A stretch of DNA of 32,679 nucleotides from NCBI GenBank assembly GCA_963765765.1, contig CAVXYC010000022.1, positions 1 through 32,679 of the forward strand, given 5' to 3'. The first letter of the stretch is position 1. Every line of letters starts with the position of its first letter. Positions 31,209 through 32,679 of the stretch are shown piece by piece. Source of the stretch: an uncultured Chloroflexia bacterium (lineage in GTDB: Bacteria; Chloroflexota; UBA6077; JACCZL01). A program made the translations under genes and the position numbers. A model generated the notes under the pieces. It was not told where the DNA came from. It worked only from the letters and a program-made list of their open reading frames with translations, and did not search any database.

Positions 31209-32679
31209 TCAGTTGGTAGGGGCTGACACATCCTGGGTGCTTAGAGCGATCTCGCGGTTAGTTCTCCGCTCCAACCTAAGCGTCGAGTAGACCGACACAA
31301 TGGTGATGGCCAACAGGACGAGTACCTGGGGGCGGGCCAACATGGACCAGCCGTAGGTGTTGACAGAGAGCCAAAGGTACTTCTCCATCTGTTCGCCCAG
31401 GACCAGGGCAATGACGATGGGAGGGCGGGGCCAGCCGTAACGCTTCATGTACCAGCCGATGCCAGCGAAAACCGCGACAGCAAGGAGATCGCCCACGGAA
31501 GCGCGGGCCTGAAATGCCGAAAGGGTGAGCATCGCAACCACTAACGGCACCAGCACATTCGGCGGTACTGTCGATATCTTTGCGAGCTGAGGGGTGAAGA
31601 AAAGGGCAACGAGCGTTGCTACTCGTTGGCGAGCGCCAGGCATACGGCGATGAGTACCGTGATGTGGACGTTCTTCCCCAGCATCTCCGGCCCGGGCTGG
31701 ATACCAATAGAACCAGGAATCCTAGCATGATCGCCATGCCGGCGCTTCCAGGTAAGCCAAACGTTAGCGTAGGAATAAGCACTCCGCCGTCGATCGAGTT
31801 GTTAGCGCTCTCGGGCGCGATCACTCCCCGGATGTCGCCCGTGCCAAACGTCTTGTAAGCATCTCGCTCCGACTGCCGTGCCTGGGCATACGCAAGCCAG
31901 TGGGCTGTCGACCCGCCGACGCCCGGCATGATGCCGACCAACAGGCCGACCAGTGACGATCGAAGCACCAGAAGCTTGTGCCGCAACACCAGGCGGATGC
32001 CTTCCAGACGCCCTGTGTTCACGCCGGCCAGCAAGTCATCCATCCGCCTACGGGCAATCGGCGTATCGCTCACGACCATGTCGAGCAGCTCAGGGATAGC
32101 GAACAGGCCAATGATTGCGGGGATGAGTGGCAGACCATCCCAGAGATAGTCGATCCCTAGCGTGCCACGGGGAATGCCTGCGATGCTATCGAAGCCCACC
32201 AGCCCCAGAGACAGACCGAACGCTCCCGCCAGCAGTCCCTTCACGAGTGCGCCGCTACTGACGATGCCGACGATAGCTATGCCCAGGAGCGCCATCATGA
32301 AGAACTCGGGCGAACCAAAGAAGTTGACGATTGGTCTGGCCAACGGGATGACGAGCGCCAGCCCCGACGCTCCGATCAGACCTCCCAGCAGCGATGCGAA
32401 ATAAGCAGCCGACAGCGCTTGACCGGCCATTCCCTGCTTGGCCATTGGATATCCGTCCAGGATCGTCGCCTGGCCGAAAATAAAGCTGGAATGCCCATCA
32501 GGATGCAAGGGATGGGATCCGTCGTGCCGTTGACGGCCATATGGCCGATGACGATGGGGATAGCCAGATACGGGTCGAGATGGTACGCGAACCCCAGCAT
32601 GACTACCAGGACCGGCAAGCCACCGGCAGGCATGGCTCCACTGATAAGTCCGAGTCCGGTGCCAAGCAATAGTGCCAAT
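31209..32679 (-). CDS. tctA: tripartite tricarboxylate transporter large subunit TctA (5' end outside window; frameshifts)
   Basis: ILMGIP, ATILDGYPMAKQGMAGQAL, FGTGDIRGVIAPESANNS, IPTLTFGLPGS, GWPRPPIVIALVLG. Confidence 0.9.

Noticed and set aside
544-32404. Numerous long alternative-frame and antisense ORFs (e.g. 544..1101, 11315..12043, 14456..15175, 16644..17303)
   Set aside because: They overlap well-supported genes, lack recognisable motifs and are expected in GC-rich DNA.
1885-32508. Programmed ribosomal frameshifting as the explanation for split genes
   Set aside because: The shifts occur at unrelated positions in paralogues, without consistent slippery sites, and sister paralogues A1 and B2 are intact.
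1-32679. CRISPR array, tRNA/rRNA, transposase, integrase or phage genes
   Set aside because: No regularly spaced repeats, RNA-gene signatures or mobile-element motifs were seen. The repeated sequence is explained by gene paralogy.

Overview
GC-rich bacterial catabolic/transport island with no mobile element, RNA gene or CRISPR array. All five solute-binding proteins carry lipoboxes, which suggests a monoderm host (Chloroflexota-like, by inference). Its most striking feature is six paralogues of the maleate cis-trans isomerase / arylmalonate decarboxylase (Asp/Glu racemase fold) family, forming three subtypes in two copies each. All six lack both canonical catalytic cysteines. They are interspersed with three amidohydrolase_2 proteins, a LigAB-type extradiol dioxygenase pair, a Rieske oxygenase alpha subunit, an FMN alpha-hydroxy-acid oxidase, a ThDP enzyme, a cupin, a Dpp-type and two FbpB-type ABC modules (no ATPase in the window) and a tripartite tricarboxylate transporter. 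Two decayed gene remnants lie at 25.6-26.4 kb and a possible cryptic ribbon-helix-helix regulator at the left end. Many genes are split by single-base indels, most likely long-read errors. Family calls come from motif recognition by eye, not database searches.
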